The translations under genes and the position numbers were made by a program. Below are positions 37,735 to 51,664 of a stretch of 64,000 nt of DNA, in pieces. The DNA is from Octopus bimaculoides (lineage: Eukaryota). A model generated the notes under the pieces. That model did no database searches and was not told the origin of the DNA. It saw only the letters and a list, made by a program, of their open reading frames with translations. Numbering within the stretch: the stretch's first letter is position 1; each line of letters opens with the position of its first letter. Location of the stretch: NCBI RefSeq assembly GCF_001194135.2, contig NC_068982.1:109806851-109870850 (forward strand). Reading direction: 5' to 3'.

Positions 37735-39977
37735 NNNNNNNNNNNNNNNNNNNNNNNNNNNNNNNNNNNNNNNNNNNNNNNNNNNNNNNNNNNNNNNNNN
37801 NNNNNNNNNNNNNNNNNNNNNNNNNNNNNNNNNNNNNNNNNNNNNNNNNNNNNNNNNNNNNNNNNNNNNNNNNNNNNNNNNNNNNNNNNNNNNNNNNNNN
37901 NNNNNNNNNNNNNNNNNNNNNNNNNNNNNNNNNNNNNNNNNNNNNNNNNNNNNNNNNNNNNNNNNNNNNNNNNNNNNNNNNNNNNNNNNNNNNNNNNNNN
38001 NNNNNNNNNNNNNNNNNNNNNNNNNNNNNNNNNNNNNNNNNNNNNNNNNNNNNNNNNNNNNNNNNNNNNNNNNNNNNNNNNNNNNNNNNNNNNNNNNNNN
38101 NNNNNNNNNNNNNNNNNNNNNNNNNNNNNNNNNNNNNNNNNNNNNNNNNNNNNNNNNNNNNNATATAAGATTTCATTATTTGAAGTTTAATTTTAATGTA
38201 TAGGTTCAATCTAAAAGTACGTGAGAGCATAAAAATAAAGTTTGTCTAGTTAACTTTGTAAGTAAATATCAGATAAATCATATGCCGTCTTGTTTGGGGC
38301 ATTAGTTTTGGTACAACAGATAATTCATTGTTCAGTATGTATGTGAGTTTAATGGCTGCACACTTAACTTTTCAACAAAAGACCAATTGTTCGATTTCCA
38401 CCAGTAAGTTATGTTCTTTTTTCTTTCTTTTTCTTTTGTAGCGTTGGAGTACAAAATATATTTCATATTTCTGTTTGTTTTTTCTTGTGTTCTTTCATGA
38501 AGAAAAGAACGTATGTAGCAGTGATTTTTAGAGATGAAATTAATGCGGATGGTTCACTCCCAATCACATGAAGGAGATTGAGAGACAAGGGAAAGAAAGA
38601 GAAAGAGGAAAATGGACGGGAGAGAGAGAGAGAGTAAACTCTGAAACACAATGACCAGTGAGGAAGAATTATGATTAAGCACCTCTCCAGTCGAAAATAA
38701 ATAAAACTAAAATTATAGTGAAAGATGGTATTGAGACAAAGAGGCGAAAGGTCAAAAGGGATAGAGTGGGTGCAAAACAAAACCAACAAAGAGAAGGGAG
38801 AAAAGTGACGCACAAGAGGGGACTGCTGAGAGTATTTCACGAGTGGTGTGGGGCGTATTAGTGATTCAAAATAGATTGACAGGGTCATTAAGTTTATAGC
38901 TATTGGGCTAAAAACAGATCGATCCTAACTCGATAAGAGTTGACTTGGGATAAACAACATTAACAGCAACAACTGCAGCAGTTATATGTATGTATGTACT
39001 ATGTATGTATTTATGAATGTGTTTGTGTATGCATGTGTCTATGTATGTACTATGTATGTATATAATCACACGGTATAATACACCATCCATATCAACGCGC
39101 ATTTATCAATCCATAAGTGAAGAAGCAATCACTGCACCCATTTGTACCACTGACAATAATGAAATCTGTGTGTGCGTGCATGCAGATGTCTATATATGTG
39201 CATGTGTGGGTGACTATGCGCGCAGTTGTACATGTATATATATNNNNNNNNNNNNNNNNNNNNNNNNNNNNNNNNNNNNNNNNNNNNNNNNNNNNNNNNN
39301 NNNNNNNNNNNNNNNNNNNNNNNNNNNATATATATATATGCATACACACACATATATATATGTGCATATATACATATGTATATATATGCATATGTACATA
39401 CAAACAATGTATACAGATACGAACAACCATACTTACACACGCACACGTATACATATAGATATTATGTATGAATATGAGTGTATTGGTAATAATACAAACA
39501 CATGCACTCACACACATTCGCGCGCACACATGATACGTATATTTAAATGATTTTATATTAGAATGTGATATGAAATACACACACACACGCATGTAAGAGC
39601 TATAAATTAATAATTGGTGGAAAAATCTGAAACCTTATATTATCCTCCGACTATATCACCTGATTGCGCTTTTATGTTTAGATTTTCTATCTAATGCTGA
39701 AATCTTCCTAAACTGACGTAAATAGAATTGATAGAACTAATGACATGTATCGCATGTACTAGGATCTGGATAAATTTGATACAGCTAAAAGCCATAAACT
39801 ACACCTGATCACGAACGTTTTTGCTAGATTTTGTTTCATCAAACCTTTCAGTTTGTGAAGAATGTCCTCCAACATGTACCTGATCACCAGTTCAGTATAA
39901 TTTTAGTTTTATTTTGTACTGAAATTAATACGAACTCTGGTCTACTTCACCATCAGTTGTTGAGTTTGGTTGTCTAC

Positions 39978-39979
<2 letters not shown>

Positions 39980-40010
<31 letters not shown>

Positions 40011-40290
40011 CATCATCATTATTATTATACACTCTTCAGATTAGACTGTTGGAAAAGAAAAGAATCCTAACATTGGGCTACAACAAGTAGCCTTATATGC
40101 CAAGAACCACCCTATTTGGGTTACAGCAGGTAACCTTAGATACCAAGAACCCTCCTGAGTATTCTAGCTGTCCCCAATAACAGTTTTCTGCAGCTCTACT
40201 AAATTGGGTTTTATGTCTATTTCCTCTATCCATTTGTTCAGATCTTTAGAGATAGTTCCCAGTGTACCTACACTGCGTCCGACATTGTTA
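39980..40290 (-). mobile_element. R4/Dong-type LINE 3' end with (TAA/TGA)n tail (copy D)
   Basis: Minus strand GTLGTISKDLNKWIEEIDIKPNLVELQKT. The 3' UTR aaggttacctgctgtaacc resembles copy C aaggttacaggcagtaacc. Tail at 39980-40028. Confidence 0.8.
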
Positions 40291-40299
40291 AGCAAATCA

Positions 40300-40815
40300 A
40301 CTTTCTCTGAATAAATAAATGTATATTCGTTCAAAACCAGTTGCTTTTCCTCTGGCTGTTGGCAACACCTATCTGCGCACATTTTGTTAAAATAAATCGG
40401 ATCTGCGCAAACGAAAACAAACGGCGGCCATTATTGTGCACCAGCAACATTTCTGCTATCCCAAATTATTAAGCAAGTGCCTAATTTAGGTGTCATTGTA
40501 GGTTAGAATCGTGATCTTACCTCGAATGAGAAGTCTACCATCGTATCAGAGCTTGGAAAAGGAAAAACAACCATCGAAATATCAAAAATACTGGAAGAGT
40601 TCACCGAACAGTGAAAAAATTTGTGCAGCCTCCTAATTATGTCCGATCGAGGGCAGATAAGGATACGTCGAGGGTTGCTTGAAATCATACTTTGTCACGT
40701 GTGAGAAATGAAGTTGTACTGAACCCATGTCTGACAAGTAGAGAAGTATTCAAACGTTGTAGGAGGGAAGGCGTATCGAAAACTACCAAGTTTCGCATCT
40801 TGAAGCAGGTAGCCA
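40300..40815 (+). mobile_element. Tc1-like transposase N-terminal fragment
   Basis: DLTSNEKSTIVSELGKGKTTIEISKIL/HRTVKKFV and RADK...VLNPCLTSREVF...GVSKTTKFRILKQVA (HTH region). No catalytic domain recognised. Confidence 0.65.
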
Positions 40816-42079
40816 GGTATGTTAAATCTGTTACAAGGTCTGTTTTTGAGGTTTACGTCAAACCTTGAAAGAGAAGTTAGAGGAATCCCTGGCCAATTTG
40901 TAGAAGTATGTATGCTCCAACAACCAAAGTACGGCATACATAAACGTGTGCCTCGTTTTTTAAACTGAGGACATGGAGAAAAGAGTAGATATAGTGCAAC
41001 ATTTGTCTTCTTACAGGGTATAGCATACTACATGTGGGGTGGGAGAAGATAGTATGCCAAACATATTGGTACAAAAGTTGTACCTTGGCTTTTTCCCTTT
41101 GCAGCACATTCCAGACAGTTGGTGTGGGTGGAAGAGATTCTCGTCATGATGTGGTTGACTGGATTCAACATGAAGACGCAGGAGTTCTGGTGGTTCTAAA
41201 GAACATAAAACCATTCCAGACCAGTCTTCCATTGAGTAAGCGGAGAGGCTGTTGACCGGACTGAAGAATGATAGTTATATATTATACTTTGGATGAAAAC
41301 AAGTGTTATCTTAGTACTCTATATGATTTTTACAAAAACCCCTATTATATTTAGTTCCGGTAAAATGTTACTTTCAAACACTCAGTGCTGTTCAAATATC
41401 ATTAATATTTACGTAACAGCTGATTCTAGAAAATAATTGTTAATGCACGTGAGAACAGTACATTAATTCGAAAAGTCACTTATAAGCTAGATTATGAATA
41501 TAATATGGGTTACCTATACATAGAACGTTTACTTGCATATATAAATACATGCACATATGCAACCAAATACTCTTTTATAAAAAAATTAATTAACGACATG
41601 CGGAAAGTCAACTTTGCACATATAAATGTAAATATATTTGTACACACCCATGTCTACATACATATAAACACGAGCATAGGCACACGCACTCAACACAAAC
41701 ATTCACTGCACATGCGCGTACACACACGTATACATACACAAAGACAAACATGCATGTGTGTGCATGTGTGAGAGCTTCTGTGCTTGCATGCTTGTGTGTA
41801 TACAGGCTACACAATGCATTCACAAATTCCGATGTAGACATTCCAACCGTACTCTCACTGTATTTCAAAGGTTATGTAGTAACATTAGCAAACGAGTCTT
41901 AGATATATCATATCATATAGAACATTCAGCCACACCACAGAATATTATAATCATGCATTGTGTAAAAGCTGGTTTAAAGAAATGGATGATTATTTGGCTA
42001 ATCCTAAAATTTATAGTAAGTATTACTTAATCTATCACCTGATCTTTGTTAGGCTTAATAAACAAATAGTTTCCTACAA

Positions 42080-42800
42080 ACTATAAGCTCCGTAACATTT
42101 TCTGTAGAAACCCTTTCAAAGGTGAAGTACAGAGGTATCCTCAATTCTTAGCTCAGTTGGTCATCTAACAGGACAGTACTCATACATCAAAGGCTTCCAA
42201 TGTTTATCCGAAAAGTATATCACACTGATCTAATCATTTGATAAGTCTCTTTTCCCCTCTTCAGAGGATGTATATCTTCTCCGCATTCACTTCAGCCACA
42301 AGATAAATCTTGTAACAATTCTTCACTGAAACTGTAAGTCATATTCTAATGTATCTGCACATGGTTTTCATAACTCACTTGCTTTTACTGTTATCAAGGA
42401 CTATTGCGTCTGCAATAGTTATCCCTAACCCTTTTTTTTTCATTTGTGTCCGTTGTACACTGTCTAGATCATTGATTCTTGCACATTTCTATGTCTGTAT
42501 TTGGTCTAATTCTCTTAAGTTTGATTCTTTATCTAGTATGATATTAATGTTCTTAATAAATAAATTTTCTTGCTTTCAAAATTACCTTACCACATTTTTC
42601 TAATTCGTAACTAATATCAATTTATCCCTTAAACCCATGTACTCTCTGTAGTTATGTTTCCAATTGTTTAGCATTGGCAGCATACGACTTGAGGCCATCC
42701 ATATGGAAAAGTCATTGATATCTTCCCATAACCTTTTTGCCCGATTCCAGCACTGTTTAGTAAGAAAAGTCATCTTAACCTCCATACCGAGTAGCAATAA
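42080..42800 (-). mobile_element. R4/Dong-type LINE RT fragment (copy E)
   Basis: Minus strand LFHMDGLKSYAANAKQLET*LQRVH...ELEKC. Homologous to copy A. Confidence 0.7.
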
Positions 42801-42819
42801 TGAATTGCTACCATGCAAA

Positions 42820-42958
<139 letters not shown>

Positions 42959-43204
42959 ATGTGTATGCATATGTAATGCTTTGATAAGACCAAGGCTTAT
43001 TTTCACTGCAGAATAAAGGGTTGACCGTTCAACAATTTGGGGCATTTTCTTTTTTTTTTCTCCCAATAATTCAATTAAACCTGGTAAAAGGATATTTTTT
43101 ATAGGAGCTATGACTCTGACGTTCGTTTTTTCAACAATATCAACAAAAGTAATAATTACAAAAACAGCTACCAAATCAATAATAATAATGCTTTCTAATG
43201 TTGT

Positions 43205-43406
43205 CACAAGGCCGGCAATTTTAGGGGTAAAGGGTAAGTCGATTACGTCGACTTAGTTACTTGATTGGTACTTTATTTTATCGACCCAAAACGGATAAAA
43301 GACAAAGCTGTCTTTCATAAAATTTGAACATAAAAAGGTAAAGAGCCAAAAGAAATAGCGCTACGCATTTTGTCCGAAGCGCTAACCCTTCTGTCAGTCC
43401 ACTACC
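43205..43406 (-). mobile_element. SINE family 3, lying between two (AAT)n tracts
   Basis: cacaaggccggcaatttt...ttatcgaccc...gcgctaacccttctgtcag, with (AAT)4 at 43178-43189 and (AAT)23 at 43411-43480. Confidence 0.75.
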
Positions 43407-43409
43407 TGA

Positions 43410-43480
<71 letters not shown>

Positions 43481-43481
<1 letters not shown>

Positions 43482-43620
43482 TAAAAATTTGCTGATTGAA
43501 ATCGAAAAAAGATATGGCATCTCAGGACTGTTACAATACCAGTGATTGTAGGAGCACTTGGAAAAATTTTTAAAAAAAGGAACAGAAAATTATTTGAGGA
43601 TGATCCCTGGCTTACCATTC
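43481..43620 (+). mobile_element. Short RLE-LINE 3' fragment directly after (AAT)23 (copy F)
   Basis: YKNLLIEIEK / WHLRTVTIPVIVGALGKI. Confidence 0.7.
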
Positions 43621-44195
43621 ATGTAAGAAGTGCAAAAAATTATCTTAACTGGTACGTCGCACGTATTGAGAAGAGCATTGTAGCTGTGAATTATTTTCCT
43701 TTTCCCTTTTTTCACCCATATCACATGACTTTGAAATGAACAATCTGGTGTGCTTATTTTAATGGCCTACCAATGTATACAGTGAGTTTCTTTGCTCTAG
43801 GTATTGGGAAGACACTCGGCAAGAAATGGAAACAAAATTGAAAGAAGATAATGATAATGGCAATAATAATAATAATAATAATAGTAGTAGTAGTAGTAGT
43901 AGTGGGGGGGGGATGAGGGTAGTAGTAGTAGTAATTAGCTGGACCCGTGAAAAATTCACAGAAAATATAGAAAATGTAAGCATCTGTAAATTGTTTGCTG
44001 GAACCATGAGAAATGTTTCTATATTGTGACACCGAATATAGAAAGAAGTGTAACATCGATAACTATATAATCCAACCAAAATATCTCAGTTACGCAAACA
44101 TAAACAGAATTATTATTTAGCCTTAAAATACATCGTACATATTCAAAGGACCTTCTGGGTTTAGTGGTTCGGAACGTTCTTGTGGCATTTTAAAA

Positions 44196-44410
44196 TTCTT
44201 TTACTTGTTTCAGTCATTTGATAGTGGCCATGCTGAAGCACCGCCCTTTAGTCGAAGACATCAACTCCTGGACTTATTCCTTGTAAGCCTGGTGCTTATT
44301 CTATCAGTCTGTCCTGCCGAGCAGCTAAGTTACGGGGACGCAAACAAACTAACATCGGTTGTCAAACAATGGGGATGGGAGGACAAACACAGACACAAAC
44401 ACACATACAT
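44196..44410 (-). mobile_element. SINE family 2, 3' half
   Basis: cttttacttgtttcagtcatttg...gctgaagcaccgccctttagtcga...gacaaacacagacac. Confidence 0.8.
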
Positions 44411-44579
44411 AAAAATATTTCTTTCACTGTCTCTCTCTTTCTCTCTCACTCACTCTCTCTTACTTCCTCTTTGTCCTCCTCCCTCTCGCTTAGCCATTCA
44501 CGTATTTCTTTGAAGTAAGTGTGACACAAACCACAGGTACGTACAAAAAGAACAAGTTGGCATATTAATATTATTGATA

Positions 44580-44799
44580 ATAATAACCCTTTCTACTAAA
44601 GGCACAAGATCTGAAATTTTAGGGGAAGGGACAGTCAATTATATCGACGCCAGTGTTTCACTGGTTCTTAATTTATCGACCCCGAAAGGATAAAAGGCAA
44701 AGTCGACCTCGGCGGAATTTGAACTCAGAACGTAGCGACGGGCGAAATACTGCTATGCATTTCGCCCTGCGTGCTAACGATTCTGCCAGCTCACCGCCT
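44580..44799 (-). mobile_element. SINE family 3, well preserved
   Basis: ccctttctactaaaggcacaag...aaagtcgacctcggcggaatttgaactcagaacgta...ctgccagctcaccgcct. Confidence 0.85.
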
Positions 44800-44814
44800 C
44801 GTATAATGTTGATA

Positions 44815-45271
44815 ATAAGACCAAATGTACTGCTCAGTACCACAGATTTGCTTGTCAGTCTTTTGACCATAACCAGCTGAGCATGTCCCTTGGTGGCTGA
44901 CGATATGTGCATCTCTGATCACGAGCAGAAGTAGTGGGGGATCGTCATAGCCATGTGTTGAGAGGAATTTTTTGAGGTTCGAATAATTCAACTCTGGAAA
45001 CATGGGTGTTTCGTTCAACATCCTTAAACAACCCTTATTCAGGGACTTTTTGAGCGGGATGGGCTACTCGATCTGAAGAAAATGGGACCCACCTGCAAGG
45101 TCATGTGCTGTTTATCCTGATATGAGATCACCATGTCGCGCACATATGGTTGTGGTGCATGTGCCTGGTGTACCCTTATCAAACGGGTAGTCATGATGGG
45201 TATAGTGAGCTTCGTATATTTTACCATTATACTCCAGTGTCACTTTGATGGCATGCACTACTCTCTCACTC
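44815..45271. mobile_element. Unclassified ~450-bp interspersed repeat ending directly in (AAT)n
   Basis: GC-richer block with no convincing ORF, ending ...gcatgcactactctctcactc|AATAATAAT. I recall it as a common octopus repeat but cannot verify this from the window. Confidence 0.45.
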
Positions 45272-45313
45272 AATAATAATAATAATAATAATAATAACAA
45301 CAATAATAATAAC

Positions 45314-45353
<40 letters not shown>

Positions 45354-45356
<3 letters not shown>

Positions 45357-45683
45357 GAAATGGAAAAACTTTCAAAATACAAAGACCTGGAAATAGAGGT
45401 AACTCGAATGTGGAATCTAAAAACAGAAACAATTCCTATCATAGTAAGTGCCTTAGGTATAATAAAAAATATTCAGACAAATACATAACAAAAACACCAG
45501 GACTTACAAATATATATAACATACAGAAAATTGCACTACTGGGCACTGCACACATCCTACACAAAACACTTTCAATACAGTAACCATAAGAGCACCACAG
45601 CAAACCACAGCACATACCCAAGGCGCACAGAGCTGCGCTCGGTAATGAAGTGAAAGCACGTTATAAAAATAAAACTACTGAAC

Positions 45684-45722
<39 letters not shown>
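45354..45722 (+). mobile_element. 5'-truncated RLE LINE (R4/Dong-type) between two (AAT)n arrays (copy G)
   Basis: KEMEKLSKYKDLEIEVTRMWNLKTETIPIIV.ALG...IQKIALLGTAHILHKTLSIQ* (one frameshift), 100-bp 3' UTR, (AAT)n at 45272-45353 and 45684-45722. Confidence 0.9.
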
Positions 45723-45724
<2 letters not shown>

Positions 45725-46625
45725 TACAGTTAAATTTTTATTATAATAGGAAGACAAAAAAAAGGTGACAGATAATAGCAAAGACTGTGACAACCGTAAG
45801 CCCTTACCGTTGTCTCAAGAGCACAGAAGATCGCAAACCTGCGGATAACCAGAGCAGAAACAGAAGCAGATGCAAGCCACAAACAATAGAAGCTGACAAA
45901 TTAAAAATAGCCAGCCATAAGAGTGACGATGGGAAGGAGATGGAGACTGGGAAATGTGGTAAATCTCCAGAAAAATAAAATGAACAAGCCGAGTAAATGC
46001 TAACAGGAGGCTGCAGTCCTACAAATTGTTGACCGCAGCCACTTGGCTGAAACACATAAATAAATAAATGATCTGAGGTACATGCACTTCGCGGTTACGC
46101 GAGATTGTAATGGGGCTGCTGAATGATCTAAAACAAAAGAAAGAAAACAATACTGAGCTATGGGTCGAATTAACTGAATACAAGGGTAGACTGCTGGTGA
46201 ACCCAGAGCGACAGGCCATCAAAATCTAAATGTGTACTCCATAGAGCATGTGGGACTTTTAGTTGCTCTAAGCTTAAGATGAAGATGCTTACAAGCATTT
46301 CCAGAAATTCTTGTGAGCCGAAGGCGATGGCAGCGGAAGACGCTCAGAGATACAGGATGCTTACCTCGTAACTAGGTGGTACGTATGTATGCATGTATGT
46401 ATTTATGTATGCATGTATGTACGTGTGTGTGCGTTTTGTTATGTAGTAATATACCTATGCAAACATGTATGTAGGTATACACGCATACTTGTATGTATAT
46501 CGTTATTCAGTTTTATTTCAAGATTTCTTTTCAATAGAGAAAGAGACGATTTCTAATCTAGATCCAAGACCCCTTCATTGGAATTTCGACATCATCAACA
46601 GGGTATTTTTGTATGTATGTATATA

Positions 46626-46658
<33 letters not shown>

Positions 46659-47185
46659 ATATGTATATATGTGTGTATGTATGTTTGTATGTATATGTGC
46701 AGATCTGTATGTTTTGTTTTATCTATGTATTCTCATGCATATATAGTTGCATGTGTAGACATGCTCATATATACTTAAATGATAAGCTTCTGGAAAGGCT
46801 TACAGATTTTTACAGTTCTAGTGATGGCTTGCATTTGTAGTCTTCAAATCAGCTTCCTCTTTTCTGGTTTTGAGAAGCCTAATTTCTCGAGATTGATATT
46901 TAGGCAGTGTGTATTTAGGCAGTATGTATGTATGTATTTACGTACGTTTCTGTGCAAGGAATTTAAGATTCATGAAATGTATTCTTACAGTTTAACCATT
47001 CTGAATTATTCAGTGCATTGATTCAATGGGAAACATGAATAATTTCTTGGACACATTCAAAACTAAGCGATTTCGGGTGAGTGTTCTCAAGCAAGTTTAC
47101 CATCTTGTGGTTTCTTGTATGTGAATTTCTGACTCATTGTTTCATTCCTGGGATTATTTACACGTTGGCTAATGCGTAAAGCTGA

Positions 47186-47255
<70 letters not shown>

Positions 47256-47968
47256 CGTGTGCGCGCGCGGTTGTATGCGTGTGTGTGTGTGAGTGTGTTT
47301 CACTGCTTAATCATGGACAGAAGGGATGAAAAGTAAAGTTGGTCCCGGCGAAATTAGAACTCAGAATAAAAGGAGTCCGAGCAGTTCACATAGAATATTA
47401 AAATCGATACAAAACTTAAATTTTAATTCATATAACACACAAAACTTAGCACAAAATTATGGCACTCAACTCAGTGAATGTAAATGCTAAGAATCTCATG
47501 AGTTTTCCTGAAGATTACACGTACTATACATAGCAAGATTTGTTATTCCTGTCCAGAGCCATAAAATACAAAGTCAAATAGATGCAAATTTCATATGAAA
47601 ATACGTCCAACCAGTTTACTATTTACACATCCTGTTCTAATGAAGCCATGATATCATACGGCATATCCTACAAGTGGTCGTTCACCTAATCGTTAACTTC
47701 AATACATTAGTATTCGTTTTCTTCTTCTGGTACTCTTATTGTTATTTCTGTAAAATTTATGACTCAACACTGATTCTATCTAGACAACTTCGATGCACTT
47801 AACATCCGTTTTCCAAATCGGTCACGCCTTCGAAATCCATTCTAAAGACCTTGTGAACGTTAACTTATTAGAATCGAACTATCCTGGCTTCTACCATGTT
47901 TTGGAAGCGAACTCTTCTAATTTCTACGATATTTTAGGACCGATCTCTTCTAGTTTCTATTATGTCTG

Positions 47969-48065
47969 TGGGCAGAGCTTCTTCGAGATGAAACCTTTAT
48001 AAAATAAACGTTTACAAAATAGACGTTTATTTCATAAAGGTTTCACCTCACAGAAGCTCTGCCCA
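47969..48065. repeat. 97-bp hairpin with 43-bp arms (39/43 paired) and an 11-nt loop
   Basis: 47969-48011 versus the reverse complement of 48023-48065. Confidence 0.9.
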
Positions 48066-50051
48066 TAGCTACAAATGACATTCCAAGACCGGTGATATCA
48101 TCGTGGTGAGTGTTTTTTATGAACATTTCAGAAAAAAAAATGGACAAGAATTCTAAAGAGGTTGCGTTCTGGAAAGGGAAGAGATGGAGAAAATTGTCTT
48201 ATGGGGGATATAGGAGTGGACACATTATAGACAACGAGAGGAAGAGAGAAAAATGAAGTAATAGGTTGGGCATCAGTAAAGGTTTCATTAGATCAGCTAG
48301 TTCTGATGAACAGAGGTTACTTACAAATGGTAGATAAAAAGTAAGAATGTAGCACGAACGAGGGCCATTAATCTTCAAAAATTCAAATTGAATATCACAT
48401 AAGCCCAATTGTTTATATCTTGCAGTGGTTTTATCGCAGTTAAGGTCTTTAACTGTCTTCTCCAAACAATAATTACAAGTATTTTTCATTCATGACGTGC
48501 TGAGTTTTTCAAAACTGTAATTTTCAATATTCATCTATCCTCTGATACTTTTCACAGTTTCTTCTAAATTTCACCCAACACTAATATTATTTGTTAGATA
48601 TATTTCTTTTCCATCTATGACTACGTTAATGAGCTATTACCAGGACATTTACTTTTACATAAAATTTTGACTTGTTTTTATTAGATTTGGCTTTCATTTA
48701 AATATTAACATTGATTTTGTCAAGTTTTACTGCATGAGGTTTCGAAATTAGAGTGCAAATCATTAATTGTGGCGTTTTCATAGTATGTTGTTTTAAAAAA
48801 ATAAATCACAAGTTGTAATAATATCTGCTGTAAATAGCAACAACAAGCCACGACAACAATAGGTGATTAATTTACAAACGATTTACATGTCAAGTTCTTT
48901 AATGTACAGGTTATGCTGGCATATAAGTAAGAACAGTGACACTATTAAATTCCTCCTGGCTTTTTAATTTTGATTGTAATCACATTTAATTATACGCTAT
49001 CTTAATCGGGAGACCTCTCCAATTAACTCTAGACGCCACTTTAAGAGAAGGGAAGTAAAAAGTTACCGCCATTGTTGTCAGCATAGGTTCTGATGTGGGA
49101 TGAAGATATATTATCACAACGTATATTATTACATAGGTACCCGGGCGATTAGAATTGTAGGCTAACTGGGAGGGCGTAAAATGTCTTCTACTTAGAGAAT
49201 ATAACAAGAAACGACTGCAGTGTAAACTTGTGGTGGTCGGTTATCTTGGTAGAAACTTTTCTTGCATAGCCTTAAGCATCGGAGTTCCATAACTGGATAT
49301 CAGGACCATCAACGAACAATATAATAACGAGCTATATACGTACGACTGATGAGGTGTATATAAACTGTGCGCATTAGTTTATGTTAGGGTAAATGCTGGA
49401 CTTTTCACATCACGCAAACGGGCATATATCAAATACCTTTAGGAAACACCTCATTAGCATCTTTAAGGATGCTATGTCTAACAATTCTCATACACTTCGC
49501 GCAATATTAACCCATGACTTCTCATTTAAAAAGAAAAAAAACACTGATGTTACGTCAGTAGCATCAACAACAAAAGTTCTCCAGTCTCTACATATGGCAG
49601 CTTAGCTCTTTATCAAAATAAAGATTTAACAATCGGTTGTTTCCAAGATATAATAACTTGCATTGGAACTATTCTGCTTTCGCATGCTAAAAGCAAACTC
49701 GGTAACACCAAGTGATTCTTAAATGTTAGGTCTACTATTACTAATACGTTTAAAATAATCAGTTCCTACATCATCTTATAGAGTACCATTTAAAAGGAAC
49801 TATCTAAAAGTTAGTTACGGTTGTACTCTTAACACGAAAAGCAGCATATGATAACTAGGATTCACAGAGGACAAATACAAACAATGCTACATTAACCTCA
49901 ACTTTTCGGCTTGTCTGAAAAACCCTTCAAAAAGCCACCACCACCCTAAAAAGACACACAGCACCTTAAATAATATAATACTGATTTTGATACTAAGTAG
50001 GATATCCTGCACAAAACATATACAAACCACAAAAAAGGCAACCTATGAATA

Positions 50052-50670
50052 CGGGGCGCGTTAAAAAATACCTGACTTTATTTTTTTTTTGCGCCAAAAC
50101 TAATGCTGCGAGGGCAAAATCATTTGGGTGGAAGGTGACCTCACTCTTCCTGCACATGCACAAAAATGACCGTGTCAATTCCCGGTTGTTACGCATGTAG
50201 TGTGCGCTCGTGGGATTTTCGTTTTCACCGAATGCATTGAGTTGAGATATTGCATCAAGTTTTCCAAAAGGTTTGGGGTACTGAAGCTCAAACCATCTAG
50301 AGGATTCAACAGGTCTTTGACAATGATGCCAGGGACAAAACTCAGATCAAGGACTGATACAACCACTTCAAACATGGCCACACTTCAGTGGAGAGCGAGG
50401 GATGTTCAGGCAGGCCATCCACAAGCCGAAACGAGGAGCCGGTTGAGAAGGTTCGACGAATTGTCATGGAGAACTGTCGTGTAACAATCTAGGAAATTGC
50501 TCGCAAAGTGGGAATAAGCACAGGATCGGTGCGTTGTATTTGAACAGAGGATTTGTGCGTGCGGAAAGTGTTGGCAAAATTCGTCTCCAAGGTGCTGGCG
50601 GAATAACAAAAGCAACTCCGCTTGAAAATCGCTCAGGATATGCTGGAGCGTGCAAACTACGACCCAAACT
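50052..50670 (+). mobile_element. Mariner transposon 5' half (left end plus HTH region), pseudogene
   Basis: TA|CGGGGCGCGTTAAAAAATACC, then ELRYCIKF...SGRPSTSRNEE...VTI*EIARKVGISTGSV...AKFVSKVL. Confidence 0.85.
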
Positions 50671-51610
50671 ACTACGTATGTGTAAATATATACATATGGA
50701 CAGGTGTATGTATATGTGCGAGTGTACGTATGCATGCGAGTACGTCTAAATAGGTTTAGGGGTATGTAATTCACTCTCGGTAATATAGATGTGGAGCGAT
50801 TCAGACTGTCTGCGAAACACCCTTGTTTCGCGATAACTGTGATGACAGGCTAATGGCGAGATTGTCCTCTAACCATAAATTATACGAACTACGGCCGATA
50901 TTGACCATATGGAAGGGTGGGTCAACGTCCCTTGTGTGAGTGTATGTACGAGCGTGTGTGTGCAAATGTATACGCATCCTGACCTAAGCTAGCTAGCTAA
51001 ACAACCTTTCGTCCCCTGATATTCTAGCCTGCTTATATCTTTCCATTTCTTTTTTTCTAGTACCATTCCTTTGTCTTAAACGCAATGTAACTCGATCCAT
51101 CCCTGTCCTTCGTTTCCATACCCTACAAAGTTTTTTATCCACACTTATTTGCCAATATTTACAAATGCTTTGCAATTCTTATAGAAAGATAATAGTATTG
51201 AAAATTGTAGCAAGGTTTCATTCCCTAGCTAGACGGGCATATGACAACATGACAGCCAACACTCAGGATCTTTAGCGAGACACAACTTTATGTATGAATG
51301 TACCTGATGAAATCCAGACTGCAACACAGCATGTTGAACGGAATAACACTCATAAGGGACATTAACAGGATGGGTCGAAACGACCGTTGTACAAAAGGAT
51401 TAATACCAAATCTATCTTCTGATTACTTAAAAAAAATTTTTTATTACCTCAACTAACAATGCGGAGTCCCTGAAGTAGATCCAACGGTATTATACCCCGA
51501 CAGGAGATGACACCAGGTACCTCAAACTGTGCCAGTGCTCTACCAAACACTTCAACACGCTAATCGACATATACCTATTAGTCCAAAATATAAAACACAC
51601 ACACAGATAA

Positions 51611-51664
<54 letters not shown>

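Noticed and set aside
45787-46380. Coding-looking segment with an RRWRLG motif
   Set aside because: Only faint similarity to RTE C-termini and no continuous frame, so it is left unclassified.
47707-47747. Minus-strand acceptor followed by cadherin-like ITIRVPEE
   Set aside because: In-frame TAA after 12 codons and no donor before it.
51304-51385. CTGATGA ... GGTCGAAACGACC as a hammerhead
   Set aside because: Spacing is about 65 nt with no coherent stem II; the GAAA is simply the loop of a small hairpin.
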